DNA of 55,736 bases from Christensenellales bacterium (GCA_051883555.1 JBJETY010000036.1:69671-125406); one strand, 5' to 3'. Positions 30,055 to 40,183 are shown, counted from the stretch's first letter. Numbers and translations are program-made. Notes: generated by a model not told the origin, from the sequence alone.

Positions 30055-31565
30055 AAATCGCCGCAGGTTCTGCCGTAGGTATTGTTAATATCTGCAAAAT
30101 ACGTCCTGTCAAGTCCCATAAGAGCGTCGTAAGCGACTCTGAATTCCCAATTTCCTTCGGCAACTCCGGGAACGTTCATTCTCGTATCGCCGCCGTAACC
30201 TAAAAGGTCCTGAAGCGGAATTACGGCAAGTTTTGCACTCGACGCTATTATCGTTTTTATAATAGCTTTCGTTGAACCGCACTGCGGTCCGCCCGCGCCC
30301 CAACCTGCTCCGAAAAATCCGCAATACTTAAGGGCAAAATTTCTGGCGCCTTCGTTTGCATCGTATAACCAACCGAGAAGGGTATTATTGTCGTGCGTTC
30401 CCGTATAGGCAACGCAGTTTATATCATAGTTATGCGGCAGATATTGCGACGGCGTTCCGTCAAAAGCGAACTGGAATATTTTCATACCCGGAAGTCCCGT
30501 CTTTTTTATAAATTCCACAACGTCATCGGATAACAGACCTAAATCTTCTGCAATCATAAAAGCGTTTTTGTTATCTTTTTTGAAATGGTTGATAAGTTCC
30601 GTTTTAGGTCCGTCTTTAAACGTGCCGTTCTTTGCCGTATCTTCGCCGAACGGAACGGCAAAATAATTGTAGAACGCTCTGAAATGGTCGAGTCTCAATC
30701 CGTCGTACATTTTAAAACAGTGCTTTACGCGATTTCTCCACCAACTGTAGTTGTCCTTCTTCATTTCTTCGAAATCGTAACACGGATTTCCCCAAAGCTG
30801 ACCGTCGGCTGCAAAAGCGTCAGGCGGTACGCCTGCAACGGTTCTGGGATTATATCCTAAGTCAAGGTCGAACTGTTTAGGATTTGCCCAAACGTCTACG
30901 CTGTCGCGAGCAACGTAAAAAGGCAAATCGCCGATGATTTTAACTCCAACGGCATTGATTTTACTTTTCAGCGCCGCCCATTCGCGGTAAAATTCAAACT
31001 GCTCGAATATAAAATATTCGTATCTTTCTTTATTCGCTCTTTTAAATGCTTCGATGGCTTTTGAGTCGTGGTCGCGCAAACCCTTTTCCCATTTCCACCA
31101 TTCAGAGCCGTGTTGTTCGGAAATTGCCTGAAATACAGCATAATCTTCAAGCCACGCTTTTTCCTGCTCTTTAAAAGAGTCTATCTGCTTTTTCAGTTCG
31201 TCTCCGATACGATTAAACGCAATCTGCAAAAAGTTTTTTACGTTCCACCTTGCAAAATTATAATCGACCTTATAAGGACTACCGTTATACTTTGCATTAT
31301 TGGCTTCTTCTTTTGTAAGCAATCCCACGTCCATAAGTTCATAAGGATTTATATATAAATAATTGCCTGCATAAGTACTCAATCCAGAGTACGGGGAATT
31401 TCCGGCACCAATTGCCGTAAGCGGAAGCATCTGCCACCATCTGAACCCCATATCGTAGATAGTAGTTGCAAAACTTTCTGCGTCACGAGAAAAATTGCCT
31501 ATGCCGAATTTGCTAGGCAATGACGAAATATTACATAATACTCCCGACGCTCTTTGTATTTCCAT
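30051..31565 (-). CDS. malQ: 4-alpha-glucanotransferase (GH77 amylomaltase)
   Basis: SGVL..ISSLP, WQMLPL, SPY, IIGDLPFYV, AGVPPD, GQLWGNP, RLDHF, AEDLG, TGTHDN, RMNVPG. Confidence 0.95.
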   Translation of the reverse strand: MEIQRASGVLCNISSLPSKFGIGNFSRDAESFATTIYDMGFRWWQMLPLTAIGAGNSPYSGLSTYAGNYLYINPYELMDVGLLTKEEANNAKYNGSPYKVDYNFARWNVKNFLQIAFNRIGDELKKQIDSFKEQEKAWLEDYAVFQAISEQHGSEWWKWEKGLRDHDSKAIEAFKRANKERYEYFIFEQFEFYREWAALKSKINAVGVKIIGDLPFYVARDSVDVWANPKQFDLDLGYNPRTVAGVPPDAFAADGQLWGNPCYDFEEMKKDNYSWWRNRVKHCFKMYDGLRLDHFRAFYNYFAVPFGEDTAKNGTFKDGPKTELINHFKKDNKNAFMIAEDLGLLSDDVVEFIKKTGLPGMKIFQFAFDGTPSQYLPHNYDINCVAYTGTHDNNTLLGWLYDANEGARNFALKYCGFFGAGWGAGGPQCGSTKAIIKTIIASSAKLAVIPLQDLLGYGGDTRMNVPGVAEGNWEFRVAYDALMGLDRTYFADINNTYGRTCGDL

Positions 31566-31566
31566 T

Positions 31567-32847
31567 TTACTCCTCTATGCGATACAATGCTTCGACTTGT
31601 TTTACCGCACCAAGATTTTTAATTTCTTCTATAGCTTTTTTGATGCTGCTCTCTTTTACGTTGTCCGTCACGAAAACGATTTGCGCATTGTCTTTTGAAA
31701 CAGGTTTTTTCTGAAGGACGGCTTCGATGTTGATATTCTTGTTTTTAAGCACGCTTGTAATCTTTGCAAGAACGCCTTCGACGTCTTCTGCCGACAAGCG
31801 AATATAAAATTTCGCAACGTAATCGCTGACAAAATCTTTATCGTTGCATTCGACGTTTTCCGCAAAAGGATAACGTTTGTGCGTCGTCTGCTTTGCACAA
31901 TATAAAATATCGCTGACTATTGCGCTTCCCGTAGGTAACGCTCCTGCGCCTCTGCCGTAAAGCATAATATCGTCAACGGAATCTCCGTGCAGATAAACCG
32001 CATTGAACGAGCCTTTCACCGACGCAAGCGGATGATTTGACGGAACGAAGACCGGAGCGACTCTGGCTTCAATTTGTCCGTTTCTGTTTTTGGAAACGGC
32101 AAGAAGTTTCATCGTGTATCCGAGCTCTTTACCGATTTTTATGTCTGCGGCGTCAACTTTTGAGATACCCTCTCTCGATACTTTTTCAATCGGAACTCTC
32201 TTATGATAAGCAAGCGTCGAAAGAATGGAAATCTTATACGTGGCGTCAAAACCTTCGACGTCTGCCGTCGGATCGAATTCGGCGTAACCGAGTTCCTGCG
32301 CTCTCTTTAAAGCGTCGCCGTATTCGCTTCCTTCGTCGCTCATGGCAGTGAGTATATAGTTTGTCGTGCCGTTTATGATTCCTTTTATCTCTTCGATATT
32401 ATTTGCCTGCATTCCTTCTTCGATTGTTCTTATGATAGGAACGCCGCCAACGCAACTGGCTTCGAAATAAAGTCCCGCACCCGTCTCTTTTGCCGCAGCT
32501 TCAAGCTCGAACCAATGCTTTGAAAAAAGCTCTTTATTTGCCGTGACAATACTTTTTCCTGCTTTAAGCGACTGAATAAGGAAAGTTCTTGCAGGCTCTA
32601 TTCCGCCGAAAAATTCCGCCACGATTTCAATCTCAGGATTATTCGTAACGGCAGAAATATCGGTAAACACGATTTTTTCGTCTACACCAAGCGATTTAGC
32701 TCTTTCGATATTCTTTTCGAGAACTGCCTTTACTTCAACGTCAAGTCCCAACGTTTTGCGGAAATATTCCTTATTCTTTGTCAGAATTTCATAAGTTCCG
32801 CCGCCAACGGTTCCGAGCCCCAATAATGCTACGCCAATTTTTTTCAT
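31567..32847 (-). CDS. hom: Homoserine dehydrogenase with C-terminal ACT domain
   Basis: ATG at 32847 with GGAG RBS; GLGTVG, VTANK, FEASCVGGVP, GIINGTTNY, DPTADVEG, GRGAG. Confidence 0.94.
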   Translation of the reverse strand: MKKIGVALLGLGTVGGGTYEILTKNKEYFRKTLGLDVEVKAVLEKNIERAKSLGVDEKIVFTDISAVTNNPEIEIVAEFFGGIEPARTFLIQSLKAGKSIVTANKELFSKHWFELEAAAKETGAGLYFEASCVGGVPIIRTIEEGMQANNIEEIKGIINGTTNYILTAMSDEGSEYGDALKRAQELGYAEFDPTADVEGFDATYKISILSTLAYHKRVPIEKVSREGISKVDAADIKIGKELGYTMKLLAVSKNRNGQIEARVAPVFVPSNHPLASVKGSFNAVYLHGDSVDDIMLYGRGAGALPTGSAIVSDILYCAKQTTHKRYPFAENVECNDKDFVSDYVAKFYIRLSAEDVEGVLAKITSVLKNKNINIEAVLQKKPVSKDNAQIVFVTDNVKESSIKKAIEEIKNLGAVKQVEALYRIEE

Positions 32848-33262
32848 CTTTACTCCATTTGTACAAAATCCCGTTACGGTATATTTGTGCATTAAATTAT
32901 TTTCTTTTAAGTTTCATTAAATATACGATAATCCGTATACGCTCTGCCGCCGCGAATTTAAACGTAAACGCACGTTCGGCTTTTGTGTTTATTCTTAAAC
33001 CGATTAAAACGATTATCTGATTTAATTGTTTTATTCGGTTTTTTATTTAACTACTTGTTTAACTGCTTATTTAACTGTTTATTTAATTGTTTTATTTGAT
33101 TGCTTTATTGGATTTTTTTATTTAATTGTCTTATTTAGTTTTTTATTTAAATAAGACTTTCGTTTCGTGAAAACTTTCATATGGCGAAAATTTTCATATA
33201 CTGCCTACTTTTACGAACTGCCGACTATGCCAATTTTGAGCTATAGCGTTGCAAGCGGTAAT

Positions 33263-34036
33263 TTACTTTGCATTGTTTAAATCGTATATAATTTTAAGAC
33301 CTTTTATTGCAAGCGCTCTGTCTATTTTGTCGATAATCTTTTCGCTGTTGTCGATAAGTTCCGACAAACCGCCCGTTGCAATTACTTTTGCGCCTTTAAG
33401 TCTTTTATCTTCCTTCATCTTTTTGACTATATAATCGACAAGTCCCGTATAGCCGTAAACGGTGCCCGATTGCATACAACTTTTAGTATTCGTCCCTATA
33501 ACGCTTTCCGGTTTCGTCAATTCAATTCTTGGAAGTTTTGCGGCAGTCATAACAAGCGATTCGGTTGCCGTTTTTATTCCCGGGGCTATCGCTCCGCCTA
33601 TATATTCGCCTTTTTCGGAAACGCCGTTAAAAGTCGTTGCGCTTCCAAAGTCTATAATTATTACCGGGCCGCCGTACAGATGATAACCTGCCGTCGCGTC
33701 GACAATTCTGTCGGAACCGAGTTCGGACGGATTGTCGTAACCGATTTTCAAACCCGTTACAGTGTCGCTGTCAACTATTATCGGCTTTATGCCCGTATAA
33801 TAATAGCACATATGTTCGATTGTATAATTAAGGCTCGGCGCAACGGACGAAATGATAATTCCCGTTACGTCGTTGAAACTGACGTTTTTTGTAGCCAGCA
33901 AATCATAAAGGACCATTCCGTATTCATCGGCAGTTCTTGTATATTCAGTTGAAATTCTCCAGGTGGCAAGCAACTCATCGCCGTCGTAAACGCCGATTTT
34001 AAGATTGGTGTTGCCTATGTCCATAACAAGAATCAT
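33263..34036 (-). CDS. coaX: Type III pantothenate kinase
   Basis: ATG at 34036; DIGNT, ISSVAP, LGSDR, IDFGSATT, GGAIAPG, ATGG. Confidence 0.93.
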   Translation of the reverse strand: MILVMDIGNTNLKIGVYDGDELLATWRISTEYTRTADEYGMVLYDLLATKNVSFNDVTGIIISSVAPSLNYTIEHMCYYYTGIKPIIVDSDTVTGLKIGYDNPSELGSDRIVDATAGYHLYGGPVIIIDFGSATTFNGVSEKGEYIGGAIAPGIKTATESLVMTAAKLPRIELTKPESVIGTNTKSCMQSGTVYGYTGLVDYIVKKMKEDKRLKGAKVIATGGLSELIDNSEKIIDKIDRALAIKGLKIIYDLNNAK

Positions 34037-34239
34037 ATCGCCCTCTCTTTTTTTCAATTATAACAAAATATGGAAAAGAAAACAAGTTATTGACTATAAA
34101 AGATTATATTCTTTATGTTGCCGCATTTTACGGATAGCAAACGAGCGCGACTCGATTTCCATAGCGTTTTTTACAAGCCTGCCGGAATAGTTTCTTTAAA
34201 ACGACGACGGCGACCGTTTCAATCGGATATGCTCTTAAC

Positions 34240-34701
34240 TTAATTATTCATAGCTATCCATACGCATACGGAAAATAAATAAGAATTTAACGCAACGGTA
34301 AATACGTACGGCAACCACGCGTCTTTACCTATCAGAAGTTTGACCAGCGTTATAAATTCGAGCACAAGGTTTATGCCCATAATTATGGTTGCCAAAAAAA
34401 TTAATTTCAACGCAAAAAAGCACACGAGAAAAACAAGACTTAAAACGTTCGTCAATATTAAAAACCAAAATTCCGACTTGAAATTGCGTTTAGACACCAA
34501 CGTCGCGACGACAAGAATTTGTACCCCGTAATTTACGGGCTCTAAAATCTCCATCGATAAATTAGTAGGTTTAAACGGCGGCAATTTAAGCGAACAATAA
34601 AAACCGCCGTCGCATCTGAAAGCCATAGCGTACGCATAAGCAAAAATCAGCATTATAAACAGCGACACCAAAATCGCACTCAGCAATTTAAACGTTTTCA
34701 C
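34240..34701 (-). CDS. TspO/MBR-like membrane protein (divergent)
   Basis: 153 aa with ~5 TM helices; FY.SLKLPPFKP loop and C-terminal LPY...LN.Y...I..N resemble TspO; several TspO tryptophans are absent. Confidence 0.55.
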   Translation of the reverse strand: MKTFKLLSAILVSLFIMLIFAYAYAMAFRCDGGFYCSLKLPPFKPTNLSMEILEPVNYGVQILVVATLVSKRNFKSEFWFLILTNVLSLVFLVCFFALKLIFLATIIMGINLVLEFITLVKLLIGKDAWLPYVFTVALNSYLFSVCVWIAMNN

Positions 34702-35257
34702 CTTATAAGCTATGACAAACAGTTTAACGGTATGCTCTATTTTAAAACGATTAAATTAAACAACCTTAAAACAAAAAGTTTGGTATTTATGCTTTTTTAC
34801 TTGTCGGATTCGGCAGGATTTAATCGACGAAATCTTTTACCCCCCCCCCGAAATTTTTCTACTTGAGTTTTTTGCAATCTTTGTCGCCGCTAAAGACTTC
34901 TATTTTTGATATAAATTTCTATGCGTATGAATTTCTTTTCAATTAAGGATTGCTTTTACAATATAAACTCTTTTATTAATCTCTTTTTCTATATATGATT
35001 TATATAATATAATTTTTACAGTATAAATTTATTTTTAATATGAACTTTTTCAATCGTAATCTTTTTTCAATATAAACTTTTTTTATCGCATTTCATTTTT
35101 AATATGAAGTGCTTTTTCAATCGCTTCTCCTTATCAACGTTAATTCATTTTTTAATATAAATTGTTTAATAAAATTTTTTAATACAAATTACTTTTAATA
35201 TTAATTGCTTTTTATGTTAATTGCTTCTTAAATGTGTTTTTATATAATTTATAATAA

Positions 35258-35303
35258 GGCGGTGACTATGTCACCGCCCTTTCAGGGAGAGCTTTGCTCT
35301 CCC
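35258..35303 (-). terminator. Two tandem hairpins 3' of the Cys-rich small gene
   Basis: GGCGGTGAC-TAT-GTCACCGCC (35258-35278) and GGGAGAGC-TTT-GCTCTCCC (35285-35303). Confidence 0.7.
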
Positions 35304-35317
35304 GTTACATAGGTTTG

Positions 35318-35500
35318 TTACTTACATCCGCAGCCGCAGCAACATAAGATGATAAGTAATGGCAAACAACTGCAAATATCACAGCCGCCCGTGCCACAGC
35401 CGCAGCCGCAACCACAGCCGCAACAAGATAAAATGAGCAACAACAAAATAAGGTCACAGCAATTGCAGCCGCAACCGTTTTGTCCAAAGCATCCGTTCAT
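35318..35500 (-). CDS. Small Cys/Gly-rich hydrophobic protein (19 Cys in 60 aa), spore-coat-like or metallothionein-like
   Basis: Strong AGGAGG RBS, ATG, downstream double hairpin; two [Cys/Gly]-[LLLLIL]-CC modules. Confidence 0.78.
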   Translation of the reverse strand: MNGCFGQNGCGCNCCDLILLLLILSCCGCGCGCGCGTGGCDICSCLPLLIILCCCGCGCK

Positions 35501-35839
35501 AAAGCCACCTCCTTTTTTTATTGGGGTTCCCCATACTTCAATTTACGCAACCGCTGAAAATTGTGTGATAATTTTTTAAAAATGTCGGAATACTTGACAT
35601 ACCCGATAGGATATAATATTATTTTGAAGATAATTGATTCTCTTTAGATAGAGTCTAAAAGCGTAATTTTTATTCCGAAAAGAAAATGTAAATCGTAAAT
35701 CTAAATTTGATTTTAAGTGCAACAACTGCACTTCAATTTAAGACGTAACAACGATATTTTTTTAAACAATCGGTTACCGCATTAAAAGTTGTCGCATTGA
35801 AAAATAAACTTGCAATATATAAAAGAGGTATAAATAAAT

Positions 35840-37222
35840 ATGGCAAAACTTACTATGGACAAACTCGTGGCTTTGGCAAAAAATCGTGGTTTTATCTATC
35901 CGGGCAGCGAAATCTACGGCGGATTGTCAAACTCCTGGGACTACGGTCCGCTCGGCGTATTGCTTAAAAACAACATCAAGCAGGCCTGGTTTAAAAAATT
36001 TATAACCGAATCGGAATATAACGTAGGGCTTGACAGCGCTATCCTTATGAATCCGAGCACGTGGAAAGCTTCGGGACATATAGGCGGTTTCAGCGACCCT
36101 CTTCTCGACTGCAAAGGCTGTAAAGCGCGTCACAGAGCCGACACTCTTATCGAAGACTATATGAAGAAAAAAGGCATAGAAGAAAACATCGCTTCGTGGA
36201 CTAACGAACAGATGGAAAAATATATTGCCGACAACAAAATCGCCTGTCCTATCTGCGGCAAAAACGATTTCACTCCGATAAGAAAATTCAACCTTATGTT
36301 TAAAACGTTTATCGGAGTCACGGAAGACAGCACTTCAACCGTTTATTTACGCCCGGAAACGGCACAAGGCATTTTCGTCAACTTTAAAAACGTACAACGC
36401 ACCACAAGAAAAAAAGTTCCGTTCGGAATCGGTCAGATCGGTAAATCTTTCAGAAACGAAATCACCCCGGGAAATTTCATTTTCAGAATACGTGAGTTCG
36501 AACAGATGGAACTTGAATTTTTCTGCAAACCGGGTACCGACCTCGAATGGTTCGATTATTGGAAAAATTTCTGCCACAAATGGCTTTTAGAGCTCGGCAT
36601 AAAAGAAGAAAACCTTAAACTTCGCGACCACGATAAGGAAGAACTTTGTTTCTATAGCAAAGCAACGACCGACTTCGAATTTTTATTCCCGTTCGGTTGG
36701 GGCGAACTTTGGGGCGTTGCCGACAGAACGGATTACGATTTAAATCAACATATAAAAGAATCGGGCAAAGACCTCAGCTACGTCGACCCGATAACAAACG
36801 AAAAATACGTCCCTTACGTCATCGAACCGTCGCTCGGTGCGGACAGAGCCTTCCTTGCTTTTATGTGCAACGCATACGACGAAGAAGAAATCGACGGAGA
36901 CGTCAGAGTCGTGCTTCACTTCCACCCTGCTCTTGCTCCGATTAAAATCGCAGTATTGCCGCTTCAAAAACAACTTAACGAAAAGGCTGAAGAAATATTT
37001 AAACTCCTTTCAAAGAGTTACAGCGTTGATTTCGACGCAACCGGTTCAATCGGAAAGCGTTATCGCCGTCAGGACGAAATAGGCACGCCTTTCTGCGTAA
37101 CGGTTGACTTCGACACTCTCGAAGACGACACCGTAACTATAAGAGAAAGAGATACGATGGCACAAGTCAGAATTAAAATCGACGATCTTAAAGAATACTT
37201 CGCAAAAGAATTCGAATATTAA
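35840..37222 (+). CDS. glyQS: Glycine--tRNA ligase (alpha2 type)
   Basis: [58 protein letters not shown]. Confidence 0.96.
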   Translation: MAKLTMDKLVALAKNRGFIYPGSEIYGGLSNSWDYGPLGVLLKNNIKQAWFKKFITESEYNVGLDSAILMNPSTWKASGHIGGFSDPLLDCKGCKARHRADTLIEDYMKKKGIEENIASWTNEQMEKYIADNKIACPICGKNDFTPIRKFNLMFKTFIGVTEDSTSTVYLRPETAQGIFVNFKNVQRTTRKKVPFGIGQIGKSFRNEITPGNFIFRIREFEQMELEFFCKPGTDLEWFDYWKNFCHKWLLELGIKEENLKLRDHDKEELCFYSKATTDFEFLFPFGWGELWGVADRTDYDLNQHIKESGKDLSYVDPITNEKYVPYVIEPSLGADRAFLAFMCNAYDEEEIDGDVRVVLHFHPALAPIKIAVLPLQKQLNEKAEEIFKLLSKSYSVDFDATGSIGKRYRRQDEIGTPFCVTVDFDTLEDDTVTIRERDTMAQVRIKIDDLKEYFAKEFEY

Positions 37223-37295
37223 ACTTATACGGTTTGGTAAAGAATTTAAATCTGCCGTTTAAATTTTAGAATTAAAAAATAAAGCGTTTTTAACG

Positions 37296-37352
37296 GCAAT
37301 CGAATTTCCGTTTCATTACAGATAATAGCAATCGAATTTCTGTTTCTTTACA
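37296..37352. repeat. Imperfect direct repeat, 32-bp period, 2 copies
   Basis: GCAATCGAATTTCCGTTTCATTACA at 37296 and GCAATCGAATTTCTGTTTCTTTACA at 37328. Confidence 0.8.
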
Positions 37353-37360
37353 AAGCAAAC

Positions 37361-37388
37361 AAAAACAGTCGCAATGCGACTGTTTTTT
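37361..37388. terminator. Bidirectional terminator between glyQS and the hydrogenase operon
   Basis: AAAAACAGTCGCA-A-TGCGACTGTTTTTT. Confidence 0.85.
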
Positions 37389-37572
37389 GGTTCCGACAAT
37401 TTTATGTTCTATTTAATATTTACAAACGTTATTTACGTTTGTCACATAAGAAAAATCACGCACACGCTTTAACGCAAGCGGTTAAAAACTGAAACGATAA
37501 TACTTTCCGCCCCACGGTTGAAATTTCCGAAAAGCCAATCATTTCCGCTAAGCTGATTATTTCCGTATTTTA

Positions 37573-39015
37573 TCAACTTTCTTTCTTTTTTCCTAAAGCC
37601 ATTTCGTAAAGATTTACGGAATTTTCTATCGTCTTTTCTTTTGCTTCGTTGCCGTAGCGGTCGACGTCGTCCGCATTTTTTACGCCGTGCGTCAAACACA
37701 ATGCGCCGTTTATGCAACCGCCCTCGCAAGCCATACCCTCAAAGAAATTTTCGGTAGCTCTTTTGAATTTAAGCCTGGTAAGATTTGCACGGCACTCGTC
37801 AATTCCGTTCATGGCGCAAACTGAAATTTCCTTGCCGGCTTTTGCGGCTTCGTTTTTGATACCCTGTGCAACGCCGCCGCTTTTTGCAAATATTCTTCCG
37901 AAATACGACGCGTTATCAAGCGGCGAACATTCGAGATTGGAAACGTTTATGTCTCTTGCGTCCAAAAACGCCTGCAACTCTTCAAACGACATTACGCAAT
38001 CTATCGCGCCTCCCGTTTTCGGAAGTTTGTATTCTGCCTTTTTCGCCGAACACGGACCGATAAATATAACTTTTGCCGTCGGGTCGCTTGCCTTTATCAT
38101 TTTTGCCGTAACGACCATAGGAGAAACGTTTTCGGATATATAGCTTTCAAGTTCAGGGAAATTCTTTATCACGTAGTCGACGAACGCAGGGCAACAAGAA
38201 CTGAGTAAAACGCCCTTTTTGATACATTCGTCCGCTTCAAGTTTTAAATCGACGTCTGCACCGAGAGCCGCTTCGATAACCTGATGGAATCCCAACTTTT
38301 TCATGCCGGTTATTACCTGTTCGACTTTTGCGTATTTAAACTGACTTACGATGCTCGGCGCGATTACCGCATACACCTTATAATTTTTGCCGTCCTGCGA
38401 ACCGCGTAAAAGGTTTATGCAATCGACGATAAACGACTTGTCGACTATAGCGCCGAAAGGACAAGCATATACGCAAGCGCCGCAGTTTATGCATTTATCG
38501 ACGTTGATTTCCGCTTTTTTGCTTTCGGCGTTTACTTTAAGCGCCTTAGCTTTGCAACTCACGACGCACGGACGGTGCTGAGCGATTATGGCTCCGTACG
38601 GACAGGACTTTACGCATTTTCCGCACTCGATACATTTTTCCTTGTCTATAACCGCTCTCTTGTCTATTATCGATATAGCGTCTTTAGGACAATTTTCCTT
38701 GCATTGATGAGTAAGACAACCACGACAGGCAGGAGTCACCATAATGCCGTCTACGGGACATTCGTCGCAAGCTATATCGATAACTTCAACAATGTTCGGA
38801 TTGTTTTTATCTCCGCCCAAAGCAAGTTTAACTCTTTCGCCGACAATTGCCCTCTCTTTATAAATACAGCATCTCATAGTCGCTTTAGGTCCCGGGACTA
38901 TTTCTTTCGGGACGTCAAGATAAATGCTTTCAAGGTCGTCTGCATATATATGTTTAATAACTGCTTTTAAAGTTTTGTATTTCAACAATTGTACGTTTGT
39001 ATCGAATATTCTCAT
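37573..39015 (-). CDS. Monomeric [FeFe]-hydrogenase, group B-like (ferredoxin-linked, HydA2/HfsD type)
   Basis: ATG at 39015 with GAGG RBS; CCIYKER; several CxxCxxCxxxCP clusters; H-cluster motifs SSCCPAF, GPCSAKKAE, EGMACEGGCINGA. Confidence 0.9.
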   Translation of the reverse strand: MRIFDTNVQLLKYKTLKAVIKHIYADDLESIYLDVPKEIVPGPKATMRCCIYKERAIVGERVKLALGGDKNNPNIVEVIDIACDECPVDGIMVTPACRGCLTHQCKENCPKDAISIIDKRAVIDKEKCIECGKCVKSCPYGAIIAQHRPCVVSCKAKALKVNAESKKAEINVDKCINCGACVYACPFGAIVDKSFIVDCINLLRGSQDGKNYKVYAVIAPSIVSQFKYAKVEQVITGMKKLGFHQVIEAALGADVDLKLEADECIKKGVLLSSCCPAFVDYVIKNFPELESYISENVSPMVVTAKMIKASDPTAKVIFIGPCSAKKAEYKLPKTGGAIDCVMSFEELQAFLDARDINVSNLECSPLDNASYFGRIFAKSGGVAQGIKNEAAKAGKEISVCAMNGIDECRANLTRLKFKRATENFFEGMACEGGCINGALCLTHGVKNADDVDRYGNEAKEKTIENSVNLYEMALGKKKES

Positions 39016-39022
39016 ATCAGCC

Positions 39023-40183
39023 TCAATCATAATTCATTTCGACGGTTTTGCCCATTAACTGCAAATTTTTACTTAGCTTTTCTACAAGTTTGAGCTTCAT
39101 CGTCGTATCAATCGGCAATCCCTGATGTGCAACGTTTACGCTTTGCCCTACAAAAAAATTGACGTGCGTAGCTTTCACAAACAACATATCGGCAAGAAGC
39201 GAAGCTCCGTCTTTTTTTTCGTAACGTTTAGGAGTCAAATCACTGTTTGACATATATTCTTCCGAAAGTTTAAGTAGCTTTCGTATCGTAAGTACGCCTT
39301 CAGTCGTTACGTCTATGCCGTTTATATAGGCAATAGGCGGAACTTCGGGGTCGGGAAAATCAAGAGTCGTCTTAATTTCCTCGTGAAGATATCTTGCCAC
39401 AATCTGCGAACTTGTGCCGCCGCAAACAACCTTCTTTCCCTTACCCGCCATAAACTTTTCAAGATAAAAGTCGTCGTTATCTTTATCGACTGGCGGACCT
39501 ACCATCATATCGACGGTGATTTCTTCGCGGAATTTGATAGCGGCAACCGTAGTATCGTCTCCCGGCTTATCTAGATATAAATCGTTGCATGCCGAAGTCA
39601 ACATACAGGCAACGCATTTTGCAGACATATCAGGCTTTATCTCTCTGTCGAGATATTGCATAATTTCATTCCGTTGCCAACCGAAATTAAGCAACATTCC
39701 CACTCCCGAATGCGGCACGCCGTCGCTCATTACGATAATATAATCGCCGTCCGAAAGATTAAGCTCGGTTTTATAAACCTTCTTTTCACAGATTTCAAGC
39801 AGTTGCCTGTCAAAATCCATGCACTTTCCGTCATGAAAATAAATTGCGGCGGGGTTATCGAATTCAAACATATATCCCTTGCCGTCGTCGTCGATATGTA
39901 TTGCGCTGAAAGTCGAATAGGCAACGCCTCTGACTTTACATACGGGCAAAGTACTGATTATCGTCTCAATGCACTCTTCCATGGAAATTTCGTTTGCCAT
40001 CATCGTGCAAAGAATTTTCGACGTTAAAATGGACAATATGTTTGCTTTTACGCCGCTACCCAATCCGTCTGCCAGAACGAGCGTCGTATATTTTCCGTTT
40101 TTAGAAACGGCAACGTTGTCTCCGCATAATTCCTCGCCGGCTTTATTAATAGACGTATATCCGCTTTCAATGATAAGTCCCAT
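39023..40183 (-). CDS. SpoIIE/PP2C-family Ser/Thr phosphatase (HfsC/RstP type)
   Basis: EELCGD, LADGLGSGVKANILS, YSTF, MSDG, PGDDTTV. Confidence 0.9.
   Translation of the reverse strand: MGLIIESGYTSINKAGEELCGDNVAVSKNGKYTTLVLADGLGSGVKANILSILTSKILCTMMANEISMEECIETIISTLPVCKVRGVAYSTFSAIHIDDDGKGYMFEFDNPAAIYFHDGKCMDFDRQLLEICEKKVYKTELNLSDGDYIIVMSDGVPHSGVGMLLNFGWQRNEIMQYLDREIKPDMSAKCVACMLTSACNDLYLDKPGDDTTVAAIKFREEITVDMMVGPPVDKDNDDFYLEKFMAGKGKKVVCGGTSSQIVARYLHEEIKTTLDFPDPEVPPIAYINGIDVTTEGVLTIRKLLKLSEEYMSNSDLTPKRYEKKDGASLLADMLFVKATHVNFFVGQSVNVAHQGLPIDTTMKLKLVEKLSKNLQLMGKTVEMNYD

Noticed and set aside
32850-33260. SAM, lysine or T-box riboswitch upstream of hom
   Set aside because: No recognisable conserved core; the region is mostly low-complexity 12-13-bp repeats.
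35305-35487. Alternative Ala/Val-rich 60-aa ORF overlapping the Cys-rich gene
   Set aside because: The strong AGGAGG RBS is correctly spaced for the ATG at 35500, not for this frame.
35318-35500. RiPP (ranthipeptide/thiopeptide) precursor
   Set aside because: No radical SAM, YcaO, LanM or transporter genes nearby and no leader/core organisation; modification in trans cannot be excluded.
35625-35839. T-box riboswitch upstream of glyQS
   Set aside because: No GGTGGNACCGCG T-box motif and no terminator/antiterminator; only a small AAGTGCA/TGCACTT hairpin.
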